From Streptosporangiaceae bacterium (GTDB lineage Bacteria > Actinomycetota > Actinomycetes > Streptosporangiales > Streptosporangiaceae), in NCBI GenBank assembly GCA_030039155.1, contig JASHQL010000156.1, positions 162-64,161 on the forward strand: DNA of 64,000 nucleotides. Reading direction: 5' to 3'. Both the position numbers and the translations under genes were made by a program. The notes under the pieces were generated by a model. It was not told where the DNA came from and did not search any database. It worked only from the letters and a program-made list of their open reading frames with translations. Of the stretch, positions 52,507 through 62,920 are shown in pieces; position 1 is the first letter of the stretch, and each line of letters begins with the position of its first letter.

Positions 52507-52648
52507 TGGCCGAGGTTAGCCCGGCGCGGAACGCCGGCGGCACGGGATGGCACGGGATGGCACGCCATCTTCAGTGAGAGCCGATCCGGCTCGGACACTG
52601 GCGCGGGCCGGCTTGGGGACGGCCGGCGCCCACGCATGGAGGTGCACG

Positions 52649-53083
52649 ATGCCCGTAGATGTCTCGGCCGTGCTCGGCCACCAGCAACTCGCGGCGGCGA
52701 CGGTAAACCCGCGCGGCAGCTTCCGACGCCGGATGGCCTTCCAGGGCGGGCTGACTGGTGCGCTGGCCGGCCAGTTGCTGACCGGCAAGCACCCGACCAA
52801 GGGCCAGAATCAGACACCGCGGTTCGGGGCGGTCGGCGTGCTTGCGGTCACCGAATACGAGGTGGCGCTCTGCAAGCGCGCCAAGCAGAGCGCGGTGTAC
52901 GCGCGGATGCCGCTCAGCGAGGTGAGCAGCGCGGAGTACCGGAGGGGCCTGGTGGGTCAGGTCACGATCACGTTCCGCAACGGCGATACCTGGTACCTGG
53001 AAGCCAGCGTGTTCTTCAAGAAGGGCGCGAAGGCGGTCGTCGCCGTGCTGCACGACCGGGCAGGCGTCACGGCGGCAGCCTGA
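52649..53083 (+). CDS. hypothetical protein
   Basis: RBS ggagg, then ATG at 52649. 144 aa. No family recognised. Confidence 0.45.
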   Translation: MPVDVSAVLGHQQLAAATVNPRGSFRRRMAFQGGLTGALAGQLLTGKHPTKGQNQTPRFGAVGVLAVTEYEVALCKRAKQSAVYARMPLSEVSSAEYRRGLVGQVTITFRNGDTWYLEASVFFKKGAKAVVAVLHDRAGVTAAA

Positions 53084-53136
53084 CGCCCGGGCCGGGGGCG
53101 TCGGCGCGACCCGGCCGGCTACGGCAGGATGGCTGG

Positions 53137-53931
53137 ATGGCTGCCCGTCGCGCTCCCCGGCATGATCACGACGCTGGCGGCCCGGCGGAGATCCTGGCGG
53201 CCAAGGCCGCGGTGCGCGATGAAGTATGGGCGGCGATGCGCGCGGCCGGTGTCGCGCGGTTCCCGGGTGCCGAGGGCCGGATCCCGAACTTCACCGGCGC
53301 CGAGGCTGCCGCGGAGCGGCTGCGCGGCACGCCGGAGTGGCAGGCGGCACGCACGGTGAAGGCCAACCCTGACTCCCCGCAGCTGCCGGTCCGCCAGCGC
53401 GCGCTGCAAGACGGCAAGACCGTCTACATGGCGGTGCCGCGGCTGGCCGAGGACGAGCCGTTCTTCGCGCTCGACCCTGACCACCTGAGCGTGCCGCCGC
53501 GCGCCGCCGCGTCCATCAGCGGGGCAGCCAGGCACGCAAGGAAGGTGTCGCTCGCCGAAGTCGAGCCGGTCGACCTGGTGGTGATGGGCAGCGTCGCGGC
53601 CGGCCAGGACGGAGCGCGGCTCGGCAAGGGCGGCGGCTTCGCCGACCTGGAGTTCGCGCTCGCCAGCGCGGCCGGCCTGATCGGCCCGGCCACCGTCACC
53701 GTGACGACCGTGCACGAGCTGCAGGTCCGGCCGGCCGGCTCGATCCCGCTCACCGCGCACGACGTGCCGGTCGACCTGGTGGTGACGCCTGAGCGGGTCA
53801 TCGACTGCCGGGGTGCTGGCCGCCCGGAGCGGCCGGCGGCCGGCCTGGTCTGGGCCGATCTGACCGGCGAGAAGATAGCCGCCATCCCGCTGCTGGCCGC
53901 GCTGAGCCAGGCACGTTCCCGTCCTGAATAG
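53137..53931 (+). CDS. 5-formyltetrahydrofolate cyclo-ligase family protein
   Basis: ATG at 53137. The KAAVRDEVWAAMR, GRIPNF, MAVPRL and GKGGGFADLE pattern is typical of the 5-FTHF cyclo-ligase fold. Confidence 0.65.
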   Translation: MAARRAPRHDHDAGGPAEILAAKAAVRDEVWAAMRAAGVARFPGAEGRIPNFTGAEAAAERLRGTPEWQAARTVKANPDSPQLPVRQRALQDGKTVYMAVPRLAEDEPFFALDPDHLSVPPRAAASISGAARHARKVSLAEVEPVDLVVMGSVAAGQDGARLGKGGGFADLEFALASAAGLIGPATVTVTTVHELQVRPAGSIPLTAHDVPVDLVVTPERVIDCRGAGRPERPAAGLVWADLTGEKIAAIPLLAALSQARSRPE

Positions 53932-53940
53932 CGGAACTGG

Positions 53941-54798
53941 CTAGCGCGGTGCGGTCTGCGCTGACATCCGCCTGAACGCGTCCTCGGTTGCCGATCCCGG
54001 CGCCGCGCAGTACACGATCAGCCGCTGCCCGGTGTCGCCGATGTGCATGACCTGGCACTCGAAGTCGAGCAGGCCCTCGTCCGGGTGCCGCACCTGCTTG
54101 CGCATCGGCCCGCGTGCCTCGACCTCGTGTGCCGCCCACATCTGCGCGAACATCGGCGACAGGCCGAGCATCTCGGTGACCAGGCTGTCGATCTGCGGAT
54201 CGGCCGGGTAGCGGGCGTAGGAGGCGCGCAGGTCGGCGACGGTGGCCCTGGTGAAGTGCACGAACTGCTCGTCAGACCAGGCCACATCGGTGGCGGAGCG
54301 GCGGAAGGTCCAGCGGATCATGTTCCGGTCCTGGTGCCGGGACAGGTCGCCGATGAAACGGGTGGCGAGCTGGTTCCAGGCCAGCACGTTGTACGCGGCG
54401 TCGACCACGTAGCCGGGCGTGTGCCGCAGGCTGTCGAGCAGGTGCCGGATGCCGGGCGTGATCTCGCGGCTGGGCTCCGCCTGCCGCGGCGGCGCCTCGT
54501 CCGCCATCCGGAACAGGTACTCGCGCTCGCCGGTGCTGAGCATGAGCGCCCTGGCGAGCGCGTTCAGCACCTGCCGTGACGGCCGCGGGCCGCGGCCCTG
54601 CTCGAGCCTGATGTAGTAGTCGACCGAGATGCCGGCCAGCTGGGCGACCTCCTGACGGCGCAGCCCTGGCGTCCGGCGCTGCCCGGTGGCCGGCAGCCCG
54701 GCATCCTTCGGCGACACCCTGGCGCGCCTGGCCCGGAGAAACTCGGCAACCTCGGCGCGCTCCCTGGCCCGTTCCGGCTGGCCGGCGGTGCTGCTCAT
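53941..54798 (-). CDS. MmyB-like XRE-family transcriptional regulator
   Basis: ATG at 54798. GLRRQEVAQLAGISVDYYIRLEQGR and an MmyB-type C-terminal sensor region. Divergent from the SDR gene. Confidence 0.8.
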   Translation of the reverse strand: MSSTAGQPERARERAEVAEFLRARRARVSPKDAGLPATGQRRTPGLRRQEVAQLAGISVDYYIRLEQGRGPRPSRQVLNALARALMLSTGEREYLFRMADEAPPRQAEPSREITPGIRHLLDSLRHTPGYVVDAAYNVLAWNQLATRFIGDLSRHQDRNMIRWTFRRSATDVAWSDEQFVHFTRATVADLRASYARYPADPQIDSLVTEMLGLSPMFAQMWAAHEVEARGPMRKQVRHPDEGLLDFECQVMHIGDTGQRLIVYCAAPGSATEDAFRRMSAQTAPR

Positions 54799-54901
54799 GC
54801 CTGCCAGCTTGCCACCGGGCCGGACGGCCAGGGTGGTACCGGTAGTCCCAGGCTCGGCCGGTCTCTTCGGGCCGGGCTGGCCGCGACCATAGCGTGGCCG
54901 T

Positions 54902-55663
54902 ATGACAGCGAAGATCGCCCTGGTCACCGGGGCCAACAAGGGGATCGGGTTCGAGACAGCCGGTCAGCTCGCGGCCGCCGGGATGACCGTGCTGATCGGC
55001 GCCCGTGACGAGGGGCGGGGCAGGGCGGCCGAGCAGGCGCTGCGCGACGGCGGCGCTGACGCGCACTTCGTCCAGCTCGACGTGACCGACGCCAAGTCGG
55101 TCCAGCGGGCGGCGGAGCGGATCGAGGCGGAGTACGGCAGGCTGGACGTTCTGGTGAACAACGCCGGCACCGCGAGCGTCGCCCGGTTGCGCGGCCTGCC
55201 GAGCCAGACGTCGCTTGCCGACATGCGGGCGGTGTACGAGATCAACGTGTTCGGCATCGTGACCGTGACCAACGCGATGCCGCCGCTGCTGCGCCGCGCG
55301 GAAGCCGCCCGGATCGTCAACGTGTCCAGCGAGGTCGGCTCGATCACCTCGCAGACCGACCCGGCCAGCCCGCTCAGCCAGATGCCGGCCTCGGCGCAGT
55401 ACCCGTCATCGAAGGCCGCGGTCAACATGCTCACCGCGATGTACGCCAAGGAACTGAAGGACACCCCGATCAAGGTCAACGCCGCGAACCCCGGCTACAC
55501 CGACACCGACTTCAACGACCACCGCGGCTTCCGGTCGGCGGCCGAGGGCGCGGAGCCCAGCGTGTACCTGGCAACGCTGCCAGCCGGCGGACCGAGCGGC
55601 ATCCTGTGGGGCCACATCTGGAAGGCCGACGGCAGCGGCGGCTACGGCCAGCTCGGCTGGTAG
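54902..55663 (+). CDS. SDR-family oxidoreductase
   Basis: TGANKGIG, NNAG and YPSSK (YxxxK) motifs. Confidence 0.85.
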   Translation: MTAKIALVTGANKGIGFETAGQLAAAGMTVLIGARDEGRGRAAEQALRDGGADAHFVQLDVTDAKSVQRAAERIEAEYGRLDVLVNNAGTASVARLRGLPSQTSLADMRAVYEINVFGIVTVTNAMPPLLRRAEAARIVNVSSEVGSITSQTDPASPLSQMPASAQYPSSKAAVNMLTAMYAKELKDTPIKVNAANPGYTDTDFNDHRGFRSAAEGAEPSVYLATLPAGGPSGILWGHIWKADGSGGYGQLGW

Positions 55664-55697
55664 CACGCGGAGCCTGCGGGCTGTTAGCGTCGGCGCC

Positions 55698-56414
55698 GTG
55701 AGCGAGCGCCCGCCAGCGCACGGAACGGCCCGGGCTGACCAGGACGGCATGCCGCGCTACCCGGCCCCGGCTGGCCCGATTATCTGGGCGCTGCCAGAGC
55801 CGCAGCCGCCGCCGAGGCGGCGGCTGATCGCCAGGTCGGCCGTCGTCCCGCTGGCCAGGGTGATCGCCGCCGGGTCGGCGGCGGGCTGGGTCGCGGCCGC
55901 CGTGGTGTTTGCCTGCACCTTCGTCGCGCCGCGCGCAGTCTCCGGTCTTGACAGCGTCAGGACCGTCACCGACCTGATGTTCGGAGCCCTGGATTCCGCG
56001 GTCGTGCTCTGCCTGCTGCTCATGAGCAGGACAGCGCCGGGTGACCGGCCGGCCCGGGCCCTGCGGCAGGCGTCGCGGCGCGCGCATCCGGTCCGCGGCT
56101 GGCGCCCGCGGCTGAGCCGGGTGCTGCAGTTCTTCTGGCTGACGCCGGTGGCGCCCGCGCTGCCGCGGTGGGCCCGCAGGCTGCTCGCAGCGGCGCTCTG
56201 GGCCAGCACGGTGGTTGGGTTCTGGCAGCTCGCGGACGGTTCCAGCCCGGCCGATCGGACCGTGCAAGGCCAGCGAGCCGACGCGGCCATCTGGCTGGCA
56301 CATCTCATCGTCTGGTGCGTGCTCGGCTGCGCCGTGCTCAGCCGCCGTCGCGGTTCCGACATCCGCTGGCAGCAGCTCCAGGCGCACCGGGTGGCCGGCC
56401 GCCGGGCGCCTTGA
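55698..56414 (+). CDS. hypothetical membrane protein
   Basis: GTG-start ORF with several hydrophobic helices (WVAAAVVFACTFVAP, AVVLCLLLM, IWLAHLIVWCVLGCAVL). Arg-rich loops. No family recognised. Confidence 0.4.
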   Translation: MSERPPAHGTARADQDGMPRYPAPAGPIIWALPEPQPPPRRRLIARSAVVPLARVIAAGSAAGWVAAAVVFACTFVAPRAVSGLDSVRTVTDLMFGALDSAVVLCLLLMSRTAPGDRPARALRQASRRAHPVRGWRPRLSRVLQFFWLTPVAPALPRWARRLLAAALWASTVVGFWQLADGSSPADRTVQGQRADAAIWLAHLIVWCVLGCAVLSRRRGSDIRWQQLQAHRVAGRRAP

Positions 56415-56463
56415 CATGCGGGGTTAGCGTGGAGGCAGCACGTCGTGGCAGGGAGATCAGACA

Positions 56464-56805
56464 ATGCCCGGATCAGGCCATCCGCTGCATGCAGTAGCCC
56501 TCATCAACCAGCCGCTCGGCACTCCGCTGATGGCGATCGCGGCCTATCTGGTGGTGCTCATCACCATGCTCGTGCTCGGCGTGTTCATGGGCTGGGACCG
56601 GTCAGGCCGACGTGGCGACGGCGGCAGGGGAGGCACCCGCAGGCCGCCGGAGCGCCAGCCTGGCCCTGATGACGGCGGGCGGCCGCTTGACCCGGCCGAG
56701 CCGTCGCTGGCCGACCACCTCGCGGCCTGGGAGAGCCAGCTCGCCGCCGGCGGCGACCAGGTGAAGACGCCAGACCAGGAAGACGCCCCGGTCGGCACGA
56801 GCTGA
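56464..56805 (+). CDS. small hypothetical membrane protein
   Basis: One strong helix (MAIAAYLVVLITMLVLGVFMGW) followed by a Gly/Arg/Pro-rich tail. Weak support. Confidence 0.3.
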   Translation: MPGSGHPLHAVALINQPLGTPLMAIAAYLVVLITMLVLGVFMGWDRSGRRGDGGRGGTRRPPERQPGPDDGGRPLDPAEPSLADHLAAWESQLAAGGDQVKTPDQEDAPVGTS

Positions 56806-56899
56806 AGCCAGCGGTACCTCGGCCCGGCGCGCTCCATCCTGCAGCAGCCTGTTGGAGTGGCGCTACGCCGTTGCCGCCTCGGTGCGCACCGGGCCTGAC

Positions 56900-58102
56900 T
56901 CAGTCAACGCCGGCGGCGGCCAGGCGGCGCAGGGCGAGTTCGGCGTAGAGCGCGACGCCGTCGGCGAGGACCGAGTCGTCGAACGCGGCCTCGGCCGAGT
57001 GGTTCGACGGCGCGGTCTGCGGGTCCAGGTCAGGCGGGCAGGCGCCGAGCAGGACGAACGCGCCCGGCACCTGCTGCAGCACGAACGAGAAGTCCTCAGA
57101 GCCGGTGAGCGGCTGGCCGGGTACCGCCACCCGGCCGGCGCCGAACACGTCGGCCGCGGCCTCGGTGGCGAAGGCCGCCTCGGCGGCGTCGTTCGCGGTG
57201 ACCGGATAGCCCTCCGCGTACTCCGCGTCCGCGGACAGCCCGTGCGCCTCCGCGATGCTGTGCACCAGCCGGACCGTGCCCTGCCGGAGCCGGCTGCGTG
57301 CCGCAGGGCTGTAGGACCTGACCGTGGCCTCGAACGTGGCAGTGTCTGGTATCACGTTGCGCGCGGTGCCGGCATGGATCATGCCGACGGTGATCACGAC
57401 GGGGTCGAACACGTCGAACCGGCGGGTGACGAAGGTCTGCAGCGCCGTCACCATCTCGCAGGCCGCCGGGATCGGGTCGGCGTTGCGGTGCGGGATCGAG
57501 GCGTGCCCGCCGCGGCCGCGCACGGTCACCGTCAGCGAGTCAGAGGCGGCCAGCGCCGGGCCCGGCCTGGTCGCGATCGTGCCGAGGTCGAGCAGGTGCG
57601 AGAAGACGTGGATCGCGTACCCGGCAACCGGCCGCTGGCCGGCGGCATCGAGGACGCCTTCGTCGATCATGAACCTTGCCCCGAAGGCGCCTTCCTCGCC
57701 CGGCTGGAACATGAACAGCACGGTTCCTGGCAGCTCCGGCTGCCTGGCGGACAGCAGCCTGGCGGCGCCGGCCAGCATCGCCACGTGCAGGTCGTGCCCG
57801 CAGGCGTGCATCGCCCCTTCGACCTCCGACGCGAACGGCAGGCCGGTGGCCTCGGTGACCGGCAGCGCGTCCATGTCCCCGCGCAGCAGCACGACCGGTC
57901 CTGGCTGCCCGCCGCGCAGCACCGCGGTCACCGAGCTGAGCTGCCGGCCAACCGTGACCTCGACCGGCAGCCCGGCGAGCGCGTCGAGGATCTTGGCCTG
58001 CGTCCGCGGCAGCTGCAGGCCGATCTCCGGGTCACGGTGGATCGCGTGCCGCAGCTCGGTCACATCGGCTGCCAGCTTTGCTGCCTCATCACGAACCGTC
58101 AT
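56900..58102 (-). CDS. M20-family amidohydrolase (aminoacylase / hippurate-hydrolase-like)
   Basis: ATG at 58102. LRHAIHRDPE, MHACGHD and FQPGEEG motifs. Confidence 0.85.
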   Translation of the reverse strand: MTVRDEAAKLAADVTELRHAIHRDPEIGLQLPRTQAKILDALAGLPVEVTVGRQLSSVTAVLRGGQPGPVVLLRGDMDALPVTEATGLPFASEVEGAMHACGHDLHVAMLAGAARLLSARQPELPGTVLFMFQPGEEGAFGARFMIDEGVLDAAGQRPVAGYAIHVFSHLLDLGTIATRPGPALAASDSLTVTVRGRGGHASIPHRNADPIPAACEMVTALQTFVTRRFDVFDPVVITVGMIHAGTARNVIPDTATFEATVRSYSPAARSRLRQGTVRLVHSIAEAHGLSADAEYAEGYPVTANDAAEAAFATEAAADVFGAGRVAVPGQPLTGSEDFSFVLQQVPGAFVLLGACPPDLDPQTAPSNHSAEAAFDDSVLADGVALYAELALRRLAAAGVD

Positions 58103-59000
58103 GTTCACCGTCCCAATCGGAATGCCTGGCATGCCAGGCCGCGCCCACGGCCGCCGAGGTACCGGAATCCTCCGACCTTACGACGTCAAGCTCTGCCGCC
58201 ACCGCACCAAGTCCGCGCCGCAGCGGCCCGGCCAGCAACGACCAGGACGCGGTCAGCCCGCCGCCGACCACCAGCAGCTCCGCGCCGAACCTCGCGAGCC
58301 ACGGCGCGAGTGCCTGCCCGAGCCGCAGGCAGGCAGTCTCCAGGACGGCCGACGCGGCAGCGTCACCGGCAACCGCGCGAGCAGCCACCGCACCCGCGTC
58401 AAGGCCGTCACCGGCCGGCACCCTGGCGCGGTAGGCGGCGGCGATCGCCCGGTTGCTGACCGTCTCCTCGAGCGGGCGGCCGTCGATCAGCAGCCGGTAG
58501 ACATGCCCGCCGGGTGGCACCGACGGCCCGGCCGAGACCGCGGTGCCGGCGTCAAGGAACGCGGAGCCGACGCCGGTGCCGAGGGTGATCGCGACGACCC
58601 GCCGGCGGCCACGGGCCGCGCCGGCCACCCACTCGCCGAGCCCGAACGCGTCCGCGTCGTTGACGAACGCGATCCGGCGCGGCGGCGGGCGCAGCCGCGC
58701 GGTCAGCGCTGCTCGCAGGTCCAGGCCGGCCAGCGCGTCGAACTTGCCGACGTCGCGGAACCGGCCGATGCCGTTGCGGTAGTCGAACGGGCCGGGAATG
58801 GCGACCGCCAGCGTCTCGCTGGCCCCCGGCCGGATCTGCCCGGCGCAGGACGCCAATGCCGCGACGATCGCCGAAGCGCTGCCGCCGCCGTCCAGCGCCA
58901 GCCGGTGCGTGGACGAAGGCAGCAGCCGCCAGCCAGCCGGGTCGACCCGGCTGGCCTGCACGTGCGTGCCGCCGACCTCGAGCACCGGGCAGCTGGTCAT
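58089..59000 (-). CDS. ROK-family protein (sugar kinase-like)
   Basis: N-terminal LEVGGTHV and the later LGTGVGSA motif. ATGA overlap with the upstream gene. Its stop overlaps the M20 gene start. Confidence 0.7.
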   Translation of the reverse strand: MTSCPVLEVGGTHVQASRVDPAGWRLLPSSTHRLALDGGGSASAIVAALASCAGQIRPGASETLAVAIPGPFDYRNGIGRFRDVGKFDALAGLDLRAALTARLRPPPRRIAFVNDADAFGLGEWVAGAARGRRRVVAITLGTGVGSAFLDAGTAVSAGPSVPPGGHVYRLLIDGRPLEETVSNRAIAAAYRARVPAGDGLDAGAVAARAVAGDAAASAVLETACLRLGQALAPWLARFGAELLVVGGGLTASWSLLAGPLRRGLGAVAAELDVVRSEDSGTSAAVGAAWHARHSDWDGEHDGS

Positions 59001-60706
59001 CGCACCACCGCCTGCACGACCCGCACCGGCACCGGCCCGTCCGCCACCAGCTGGTAGTCCCCGACCTGAGCCGGGATCACGATGGTCTCCGCGTACGCCA
59101 GCGAGTGCGACCGGCCCGACCAGCGGATGACCGCGCCGGCCCCGTCGACCACGGTCAGCACATGGAACCGGTCGCCGGTCCGCAGCCCGGCGCTCGCAGC
59201 CGGGCTGAGCACCAGCCTGCGAACCTCGAAGAACATCTCGGGCAGCGCGCCGAGCAGCTCGTGCCGCCAGCCGTCGCCGGAGCCGATGGTCCTGGCCGGC
59301 TGGATCAGGTCGGCGCGGACGGCCGGCCCGCTGCGCCCGGCGTTCAGGTTGCGGAAGGCATGCCCGACGTGCACCGGCCGCTGCGTGCCGTCCTGATCCC
59401 GGCGCAGCCAGTCATAGAACCGCAGCGAGTACAGGTAGGGAGTGGCACTGACCTCGAGGACCACGTTTCCCTTGCCGCTGGCATGCGGGGTGCCCGCAGG
59501 CACCAGGAACAGCTGGTGCGGCGAAGCCGGGAACGTCTGCACGAACCGCTCGATGTCGAAGCTGACGCCATGCTCGTCGGCCGCCCGCGCGCACCTGGCG
59601 AACTCATCGACGCACGATTCCGCGCGCAGGCCCAGGTAGATCACGCTGTCCGGTTCGCTCGCCATGACGTAGTAGGACTCGTGCTGGGTGTACGGCCAGC
59701 CGAAGACCTCGCGCATGTCCTGCTCGGTCGGATGGCAGTGCACCGAAAGGTTCCCGCCGTCGAGGGTGTCGAGATAGTCGAACCTGATCGGGAACGACGT
59801 GCCGAACCGCCCGGTGACCTGCGTTCCGAGCACTTGCTCAGGGTGCAAGGACACCAGCAGCTGCAGCGGCACCTCGACAGTGCCGACGCCGGCGTCACCG
59901 AGCAGGATGCCGCTCTCCGGCGCGATCAGCTCATAGCCGAGCGCGGTGTTCCTGGCGTCCGGGTTGATGCCAAGCTCGCGCTGCGCCCAGTGGCCGCCCC
60001 AGGGGGTGGTGTTGAACACCGGGCGGGTGCGGAATGGCTGGCCGGCCAGTGCCCGCAGGCTGTCGCGCAGCTCGCGGCCGCCGAGCCACCGCGGCCTGGC
60101 CGGCTCCTGCATGTCGATCCAGCAGTCGATCCGTGCCGCCATGCCGTCGCGGTGCCGGTCGAGCAGCGGCCAGTCGACGAAGAACAGCCGGCGCAGGGAC
60201 GCTGGACCCGCCTGCGCAGGCTGGCCGAGGTTGCGGCCGCGCCCTGCTGCCACCGCCGCTTCCGCGTAGCGCTTCGGCAGGTCCGCGTACCACAGCAGGT
60301 CATGCCCGACGAGCGCCGCGCCCGGCCCGACTACCAGGGTCAGCCGCCCGGCCCGCCGCGGCGGGTCCGGCAGGGCGTCGAAGAGCTGGCCGATCGGCCC
60401 GGTGGCCAGCGTCGCGAAGTGCGGGTCGCCGCGCAGCCGCGCCGCCGGGGCGGTCCTGGTCAGGATCCGGGCCCACGGCGCTGCATGCTCGCGCAGGTCG
60501 AGCACGTCCGCGCCGACTCCGCCAGCCCGCAGCGCGGCCGTGAGGCCGGCCACCAGCGCGTCCCAGTCGAGCACGGCCGGCCCGTCGACCGCGACGACCC
60601 AGGCGCCATCCGGCAGGCCGGCGCACAGTGCGGCCCAGCCCGAGGACACCTGGCCGCCGGCACACGGGTAGGCCGGCCTCTGGTCATACCGGTTGCCGCT
60701 GGCCAT
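58997..60706 (-). CDS. class I mannose-6-phosphate isomerase-family protein with about 200-aa N-terminal extension
   Basis: Cupin/PMI motifs TPWGGHW, FPIRFDYLDT, LSVHCHP and ESYYV. The N-terminal domain is unassigned. Confidence 0.7.
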   Translation of the reverse strand: MASGNRYDQRPAYPCAGGQVSSGWAALCAGLPDGAWVVAVDGPAVLDWDALVAGLTAALRAGGVGADVLDLREHAAPWARILTRTAPAARLRGDPHFATLATGPIGQLFDALPDPPRRAGRLTLVVGPGAALVGHDLLWYADLPKRYAEAAVAAGRGRNLGQPAQAGPASLRRLFFVDWPLLDRHRDGMAARIDCWIDMQEPARPRWLGGRELRDSLRALAGQPFRTRPVFNTTPWGGHWAQRELGINPDARNTALGYELIAPESGILLGDAGVGTVEVPLQLLVSLHPEQVLGTQVTGRFGTSFPIRFDYLDTLDGGNLSVHCHPTEQDMREVFGWPYTQHESYYVMASEPDSVIYLGLRAESCVDEFARCARAADEHGVSFDIERFVQTFPASPHQLFLVPAGTPHASGKGNVVLEVSATPYLYSLRFYDWLRRDQDGTQRPVHVGHAFRNLNAGRSGPAVRADLIQPARTIGSGDGWRHELLGALPEMFFEVRRLVLSPAASAGLRTGDRFHVLTVVDGAGAVIRWSGRSHSLAYAETIVIPAQVGDYQLVADGPVPVRVVQAVVR

Positions 60707-60789
60707 GGGTTCCCAATCCGGCTACGACCGCCTAAAGTCCGAACATGATCGCCGGCGCCCGCCTGAGCTGGACCGGACCTCCGCTCGCT

Positions 60790-61866
60790 TCATTCGGCGC
60801 TGAGCGCGATGAGCGTGCGCAGCCCCGCACCGCTCCGGCAGCGCGCGAACGCGGCATCGAGATCATCGAGCGGCATCGCGCCGGTGCTCAGCGCCGCCAG
60901 GTCGAGCAGGCCGCGCCGGTACAGCCGGAAGAACCGGTCGAAGTCCACGTGCGGGCGCACGTTGCCGGTCAGGCAGCCGAGAATCCGCGACTGGCTGGGC
61001 ACGAAGGACCTGGCGTCGATCGTGATCGTGGTGCCAGGCGGCACCACGCCGATCAGCGTCGTGGTGCCGCCTTCGCGGGCCAGCCGCACCGCGCTCTCCA
61101 TCGCCTGCGCGGTGCCGGCCGACTCGAAGACATAGTCGAAGCCGTCCGGCTCAAGCGCCCGCACGGCCGGCTCGTCGGCAGGCATGACGTCGGTGGCGCC
61201 GAGCCGCAGCGCGCGGTCGCGCCGCTGCCGGTCTGGGTCGACCATGACGATGCGGTCGGCGCCGGCCAGCCGGCAGCCGAGCAGCACGCTCAGCCCGATG
61301 CTGCCGGCGCCGAGGATCGCCACCTTGGTGCCGTATTCGACCTCGGCGATATTGAAGACCGCGCCGAGCCCGGTGGAGGCGGCGCAGCCGACGATCGCGG
61401 CAACCGGCAGCGGCACGTCCGCCGGTACCGGGATGACCGAGCCCTCCGGCACGATGGTCTGCTCGGCGAAACCGCCCGCGCCGAATCCCTGCACCAGCGG
61501 CACGCCGTCAAGGATCAGCCGCGGCGGCCGCTCGGTGCGCTGGCGGCAGAGCATCGGCCGCCCGGTCTCGCAGTAGCCGCAGTGACCGCAGTTGTGGGTG
61601 AGCGCGACCGCGACCCGGTCGCCTGGCCTGACCGCGGTGACGGCCCGGCCTGTCTCCTCCACCACGCCCGCGGACTCATGCCCGAGCACGACCGGGAACG
61701 TGTCGATGAGCTGGCCATCTGCCCAGGCGACGTCGGTATGGCAGACGCCGGTGGCGACCAGGCGTACCCGGACCTCGTCGTGCTCGAGCGGCGCGAGCTC
61801 GACCGTGCAGATCTCCGCGGCCTGTCCTGGCGCCCGGATCACCGCGGCGCGCGCAGTCCTGCTCAT
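60790..61866 (-). CDS. zinc-dependent alcohol dehydrogenase
   Basis: GVCHTD, GHESAG and CGHCGYCETG (structural Zn) motifs. Rossmann GAGSIG. Confidence 0.85.
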   Translation of the reverse strand: MSRTARAAVIRAPGQAAEICTVELAPLEHDEVRVRLVATGVCHTDVAWADGQLIDTFPVVLGHESAGVVEETGRAVTAVRPGDRVAVALTHNCGHCGYCETGRPMLCRQRTERPPRLILDGVPLVQGFGAGGFAEQTIVPEGSVIPVPADVPLPVAAIVGCAASTGLGAVFNIAEVEYGTKVAILGAGSIGLSVLLGCRLAGADRIVMVDPDRQRRDRALRLGATDVMPADEPAVRALEPDGFDYVFESAGTAQAMESAVRLAREGGTTTLIGVVPPGTTITIDARSFVPSQSRILGCLTGNVRPHVDFDRFFRLYRRGLLDLAALSTGAMPLDDLDAAFARCRSGAGLRTLIALSAE

Positions 61867-61919
61867 GGCCCTGGAATATCATATTGCACTGCATCAGGCC
61901 ACGGCGCGAGGAGGAATCG

Positions 61920-62804
61920 ATGACGCGTCCGCCGATTCCCAAGCGCTTGCTCAGCAGCATGTACATGCCGCCCAACGTGGACGTCATCGCTGAGCAGGAC
62001 GAGCCGGTCAACCAGGTCGACGGCCTGCACTGGCACGACTTTCACAAGCTCGTGTGCGTGATGAGCGGGTCCGGCGTGCACGTGCTGAACGGCGTGTCGC
62101 ATGAGATCACGCCGGGCGTCGCGTTCCTGCTCGCGCCGTCGGACTTTCACGCCTGGCTGCCGAACGGCGAGGGCTGCCTGCTGTACAACATCGACTTCAT
62201 GCCGCGGGTCCTCGCGCCGTACCTGCAGTCCGCGCTGTACGACGCCACCAGGCTGGGCCGCGGCCCGCTGGTGGTGCGCGACATGGCCGATCTCGAGCCG
62301 ATTATGCAGGCCATGGTGAAGGAATGCGGCCGCCTGGCCAGGCCGGACGCGCAGCTTGCCATGGTCTGCCTGCTGCAGTACCTGCTGGTCGAGCTGATCA
62401 GGCGGGCCGATGTGGCCGAGTCGCTCAGCTCGAAGAGCGCCAGCGGCATGCACGAGGGCGTGCGGTGGGCGCTGACCTACATGGAGCAGCACTATCGCGA
62501 CCCGCTGACGCTCAAGGACGTGGCGGCCGAGGCGCGGCTGTCACCGAGCTACTTCAGCCAGCTGTTCCACGAGTTCGTCGGCGTCACCTTCCAGGAGCAC
62601 CTGCAGATGCTGCGGTCCGGCTTCGCCGGCTCGCTGCTGCGCGCCACCGACATGTCGGTCACCGACATCTGCCACGCGTCCGGGTTCAGCGACCTGTCGC
62701 ATTTCGAGCGCGCGTTCAAGGGCCGCTACGGCATGCCGCCGAGTGCCTGGCGGCGCGCGGTCCGGCAGGGCGAGGACCTCGTGCTGCACGGCGTGGGCGC
62801 CTGA
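61920..62804 (+). CDS. AraC-family transcriptional regulator
   Basis: RBS gaggagg, then ATG at 61920. C-terminal HTH pair with SPSYFSQLFHEFVGVTFQE and GFSDLSHFERAFKGRYGMPPS. Confidence 0.85.
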   Translation: MTRPPIPKRLLSSMYMPPNVDVIAEQDEPVNQVDGLHWHDFHKLVCVMSGSGVHVLNGVSHEITPGVAFLLAPSDFHAWLPNGEGCLLYNIDFMPRVLAPYLQSALYDATRLGRGPLVVRDMADLEPIMQAMVKECGRLARPDAQLAMVCLLQYLLVELIRRADVAESLSSKSASGMHEGVRWALTYMEQHYRDPLTLKDVAAEARLSPSYFSQLFHEFVGVTFQEHLQMLRSGFAGSLLRATDMSVTDICHASGFSDLSHFERAFKGRYGMPPSAWRRAVRQGEDLVLHGVGA

Positions 62805-62920
62805 GCCGGGCCGGAAGATACGCGGCATTTGGCCGTGGATAGTGCTAGCCCGGCCGGTTCACCTGGTGTTTCCCTGAAGAAGCTACCGGCCCACGTTGAT
62901 CATGCCTGGAAGGAGGCACG

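Noticed and set aside
56852-60748. Three overlapping plus-strand ORFs of 535-630 aa
   Set aside because: They are antisense to the M20, ROK and mannose-6-P-isomerase genes, are extremely Arg/Pro/Gly-rich, and have no recognisable domains.
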